Source: Armatimonadia bacterium (GTDB taxonomy: Bacteria; Armatimonadota; Zipacnadia; Zipacnadales; UBA11051). From it: a DNA stretch of 17,498 nt. Each line of letters begins with the position of its first letter. The stretch's first letter is position 1. The stretch is taken from assembly GCA_039683575.1 (NCBI GenBank), contig JBDKRC010000281.1:1-17498 (forward strand), given 5' to 3'. Positions 14,247 to 17,498 of this stretch are shown here, piece after piece. The notes beneath the pieces are model-generated. The model made no database searches and was not told the origin of the DNA. It worked only from the letters and a program-made list of their open reading frames with translations. The position numbers were made by a program, and so were the translations under genes.

Positions 14247-16415
14247 ATGACAGCCGCGGCCACTTCCCGCGCCCCCTCTGCACCCGCGCATGGCTTCACC
14301 TTGCGCGCCATCCTCATCGCCTTGCTGCTGGTGGTTGGCTTCACCATCGCCGGCTCGATCTCCGTCATGGCCCGCTACGAGATCCTCGGCACCGGCTACC
14401 TCCCCCGCGGCGTCATGGCGCTCCTGCTCATCGTGGTGGCCCTCAACATCCTCGCCCGCAAAATTGGCTTGCGCGCCCTCACCCAGCGCGAACTCCTCGT
14501 CATCTTCATGCTGCTTGCGATCATGGCCGCCATTCCCGGCCAGGAGTTCGCGCAGCATTTCTACCTCAACAACCTCGGCCTGGTCTACTACGCCACGCCC
14601 GAAATCGCCCCGCCAGAGATCTACCTCGACGACCTCAACCCGCTCCTGGTCCCTTCGCTGGACCGCGACGCTCCGGTGATCAAGTGGGCCTACGAGGGCT
14701 TGCCTGCTTCACAATCCATCCCCTGGCGCCCCTGGGTGGTGCCGCTACTCGTCTGGACCCCGTACTTCTTTGCTCTCTACGGCATGCTCCTCTGCTTCGC
14801 CGCCCTGCTCTCGCGCCGCTGGGAGCAACAGGAGCGCCTGCTGTATCCGCTCATCCAGGTGCCCATGGAGCTAACCGAGGGCGAACCGCACACGCCCCCG
14901 CTCCTGCGCGACTGGCTGCTCTGGGCCGCCTTCGGCGTTGCCCTCATCCCCTTCCTCACCAAGGGCCTGCACAGCTACTTCCCGATGGTCCCGGACCTGA
15001 ACCTCCAGAAGGACAGCGGCCAACTCTTTGGCGGCGGCCCGCTCGTGGCCTTCAACGGCATGCCCTTGCACTACTACCCCGAGATGATGGGCATCTCGTA
15101 TCTCCTCTCCAGCGAGGTCGCCTTCAGTCTTTGGTTCTTCTACCTTATGCGCCTGGCCCAGACGGCTTTCCGGATCGGCATCGGCCTCAACACCAACCAC
15201 GGCCAATTCGCCGAAATGGAGACCGTCGGCGGCTACCTGGTACTCGCGCTCGCGCTACTGTGGTCAGCCCGGCGGTACCTGCAGGACATCGTCACCAGCA
15301 TCCTGCAGCCGTCCCAACCCAGTCATCCCGCCGCTTCCCTAAGTCATCCTGCCCTTTCCCTCTGTCATCCTGAGGAGCGAAGCGACGAAGGATCCCCTCT
15401 CCTCTCAACCACGTGTCATCCTGAACAGCCCTCCTTCCGTCACCCTGCCCCTTCCCTCAGTCATCCTGCCCCTCCGCTCTGTCATCCTGCCTCTTCCCTC
15501 TGTCATCCTGCCTCTTCCCTCTGTCATCCTGAGGAGCGAAGCGACGAAGGATCCCCCGAGCGTGCCCGCCCCGGTGAACGTGTTGGCTTCTGGGGCCTGC
15601 TGATCTGCTTCGGCTTCATCCTCTGGTGGTCCCGTCAGATCGGCCTCGCCATCGGCTGGGCCAGCCTGCTCATCGGTCTCTTCCCCCTGGTCTCGATGGT
15701 CGCCTCGCGCGTCGTCTGCGAGGCCGGGATGTTCATCTACGCCAGTCCCTTCCGTCTCGACCACACGCTCTTCCGCCTCATCGGCGTCAAGACCATTGGC
15801 CCTGCTAATCTCACCCTGATGACGATGATGAGCTGGACGCAAATCCGCAGCACGGCGACCCAGTTCATGCCCCAGGCCTTCCAGTGCTTCAAGCTGGGAA
15901 CGCTCATCGAGGCGCCCCGCAAGCGCACAGTCGCCTACCTCGGAGTAGCCGTCGCCATCGCCCTCCTTGTCTGCCACATCATGATCCCCCTCATGATCTA
16001 CAAGTACGGGGTGTTCCGGCTGGGTTGGTGGCCGCAGGGCAGCGGCCTGGGGACGACCAACCTGCTGATGTCAGACCTGCGAGGAGCCGTCAAGCCCTCT
16101 GCCGAGGACTTCATCGCCCTGGCCCTCGGCGGCGGCTTCACCTGGTTCCTGGTCTTCATGCGCCAGCGCTTCCTGTGGTGGCCCTTTCATCCGCTCGGCT
16201 ACATCGCCTGGCTGGGCTGGCCCACCGAGCGCTACTGGCTCTCCATCTTCTTCGGCTGGATCATCAAGATCATCGTAGTCCGCTTCGGCGGCTACAAGGC
16301 CTTCCAGCGCCTCAAGCCCGCCGCCTACGGCCTAATCCTCGGCGTCACCTTCATAGTCAGCTTCTGGATAGTCTTCCACTTCTTCGTCCCCGGCGCCGAG
16401 CTAATCCGCGAATAA
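14247..16415 (+). CDS. Polytopic membrane protein, DUF6785/DUF6784-like (putative transporter), with in-frame repeat insertion (722 aa)
   Basis: Many hydrophobic segments. GFTLRAILI, IPWRPWVVPL, RRWEQQERLLYPL, SRVVCEAG and FLWWPFHPLGY match this family from memory; no search was run. Confidence 0.75.
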   Translation: MTAAATSRAPSAPAHGFTLRAILIALLLVVGFTIAGSISVMARYEILGTGYLPRGVMALLLIVVALNILARKIGLRALTQRELLVIFMLLAIMAAIPGQEFAQHFYLNNLGLVYYATPEIAPPEIYLDDLNPLLVPSLDRDAPVIKWAYEGLPASQSIPWRPWVVPLLVWTPYFFALYGMLLCFAALLSRRWEQQERLLYPLIQVPMELTEGEPHTPPLLRDWLLWAAFGVALIPFLTKGLHSYFPMVPDLNLQKDSGQLFGGGPLVAFNGMPLHYYPEMMGISYLLSSEVAFSLWFFYLMRLAQTAFRIGIGLNTNHGQFAEMETVGGYLVLALALLWSARRYLQDIVTSILQPSQPSHPAASLSHPALSLCHPEERSDEGSPLLSTTCHPEQPSFRHPAPSLSHPAPPLCHPASSLCHPASSLCHPEERSDEGSPERARPGERVGFWGLLICFGFILWWSRQIGLAIGWASLLIGLFPLVSMVASRVVCEAGMFIYASPFRLDHTLFRLIGVKTIGPANLTLMTMMSWTQIRSTATQFMPQAFQCFKLGTLIEAPRKRTVAYLGVAVAIALLVCHIMIPLMIYKYGVFRLGWWPQGSGLGTTNLLMSDLRGAVKPSAEDFIALALGGGFTWFLVFMRQRFLWWPFHPLGYIAWLGWPTERYWLSIFFGWIIKIIVVRFGGYKAFQRLKPAAYGLILGVTFIVSFWIVFHFFVPGAELIRE
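15321..15556 (+). repeat. Intragenic array of nine GTCA(T/C)CC units, including two identical REP-like elements
   Basis: Units start at 15322, 15343, 15364, 15415, 15439, 15460, 15481, 15502 and 15523. There is an exact 42-bp duplication at 15356-15397 / 15515-15556. Confidence 0.95.
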
Positions 16416-16428
16416 CCATGGTGGTCTG

Positions 16429-16554
16429 TGGAGGGGCCGCGCTTCAGCCGGCCCGCCGTCATCACCGACCAACTTCCGCCCCCATGGAGGGGCCGAATGA
16501 CCACAGCCTCACCGTGGTCATCCGGCCCGCCGTTATCCCCGAGCAACTCCCGCC
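16429..16554 (+). repeat. Two tandem GGAG-headed hairpin repeats
   Basis: TGGAGGGGCCG at 16429 and 16485. Each is closed by CGGCCC within a 33-nt tail (16448-16480 vs 16522-16554, 4 mismatches). Confidence 0.85.
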
Positions 16555-16573
16555 GCTCGTACGACATGTCTTC

Positions 16574-16600
16574 GCAGGTCCCCCCGCCCTCCCCGTCGAA
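16574..16600 (+). promoter_or_regulatory. Putative sigma-H-like promoter, GCAGG-N18-CGAA
   Basis: GCAGG TCCCCCCGCCCTCCCCGT CGAA, 46 nt upstream of ATG 16647. Confidence 0.7.
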
Positions 16601-16646
16601 CCTCCGCCCCGTCTCGTTCCCCCAAACCAGAAAGGACCAACTCAAC

Positions 16647-17498
16647 ATGTCGAAGCTCGGGATCGGTTTCATCGGCTGCGGCGGCATTCACAACGCCCAT
16701 GCTCCCCACCTCGTGGACAATGACGAGGCCTACATCGCCTGCGCGATGGACGTGAACGCCGACGCCGCGAAGGCTCACTGCGAGAAGTACGGCACCAAAA
16801 GGTGGACCACCAGCGTGGACGAACTCCTCGCCACGCCTGAAGTGGACGCCGTGATCATCTGCACTCCCACCGGCCTGCACAAGGACCTCGTGCTCAAGGC
16901 AGCCGCCGCGGGCAAGAACATCTTCTGCGAGAAGCCCATGGCCATGAATGTCGCCGACTGCGAGATCATGGACAAGGCCGCCCGTGACGCCGGCGTAGTG
17001 CTGCAGATCGGCTTCGTGCGGCATTTCTGCAACGAGTGGCTCAAGCTCCGCGAGCTCATCCAGTCGGGCATCATCGGCCGCCCGGTAGTCTGGCGCTCGG
17101 TCAGCGGCGGCTCAGGGGCCCCCACGCCCTGGTTCTTCAACAAGGAACTCGGCGGCGGCCCGTTCATTGATGGCGCGGTTCACAGCTACGACTGGGCGCG
17201 GTACATCTTCGGCGAGGCGACCAACGTCGTCACCGACATCCGCAAGCTCAAGGCCGACACGACCGCCTGGGACACCGGCACGGTCATCGTGAACTTCGAA
17301 AGCGGCGACCAGCAGCTCATCATCTGGTCCTGGGGCCTCCCCGGCTTCGGTGGCAAGGTCAAGGCCGACAGCGCCCACGACGTGCTCGGGCCGCTGGGCT
17401 CAATCACCTTCCCGGGCGGCAATAAGCTGCAGGTCAATCTGGAGGAAGGCGAGCAGGAAGTGGAGTTTGAGGCCGACGGAGGCACTGACTGGTTCCGC
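16647..17498 (+). CDS. Gfo/Idh/MocA family oxidoreductase, truncated by the window end and absent from the ORF track
   Basis: SD AAAGGA. Hand translation: MSKLGIGFIGCGGIH (Rossmann), DAVIICTPTGLH, AGKNIFCEKPMA, LQIGFVRHF and GGGPFIDGAVHSYD. Confidence 0.95.
   Translation, partial: MSKLGIGFIGCGGIHNAHAPHLVDNDEAYIACAMDVNADAAKAHCEKYGTKRWTTSVDELLATPEVDAVIICTPTGLHKDLVLKAAAAGKNIFCEKPMAMNVADCEIMDKAARDAGVVLQIGFVRHFCNEWLKLRELIQSGIIGRPVVWRSVSGGSGAPTPWFFNKELGGGPFIDGAVHSYDWARYIFGEATNVVTDIRKLKADTTAWDTGTVIVNFESGDQQLIIWSWGLPGFGGKVKADSAHDVLGPLGSITFPGGNKLQVNLEEGEQEVEFEADGGTDWFR

Noticed and set aside
15321-15556. Possible CRISPR array
   Set aside because: The period is only 21 nt, linkers resemble each other rather than being unique spacers, the array is in frame within a CDS, and no cas genes are present.
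14171-16723. Alternative-frame ORFs 14171-15373 and 15884-16723 suggesting a frameshift or overlapping genes
   Set aside because: P/R/H-rich off-frame translations; the 722-aa frame is continuous and membrane-protein-like throughout.
16533-17485. Minus-strand ORFs at the window end
   Set aside because: Shadows of the plus-strand Gfo/Idh/MocA gene, which the ORF track missed because its stop codon lies outside the window.

Overview
High-GC bacterial carbohydrate-utilisation region. The protein families resemble those of Armatimonadota/PVC-type organisms, which is only an inference. It begins with the left end of an IS4-family (IS50/Tn5-like) element that appears to have inserted into a GTAG-type REP hairpin. 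Three divergent gene pairs follow, each joining a cytoplasmic enzyme on the minus strand to a large secreted protein on the plus strand: UroD/MtaA-like protein with a LamG + GH99/WbsX-like protein; GH29 alpha-L-fucosidase with a four-repeat ConA-like protein; GH38 alpha-mannosidase with a discoidin + putative TIM-barrel hydrolase. After these come a polytopic DUF6785/DUF6784-like membrane protein with an in-frame, REP-derived ~80-aa repeat expansion, and a truncated Gfo/Idh/MocA oxidoreductase. The strongest non-coding signal is a bipartite motif, GCAGG-N18-(C/G)GAA. It lies in the correct orientation 30-49 nt upstream of 7 of the 8 non-IS genes and resembles a sigma-H-type promoter. The spacers downstream of genes carry several distinct palindromic repeat families.
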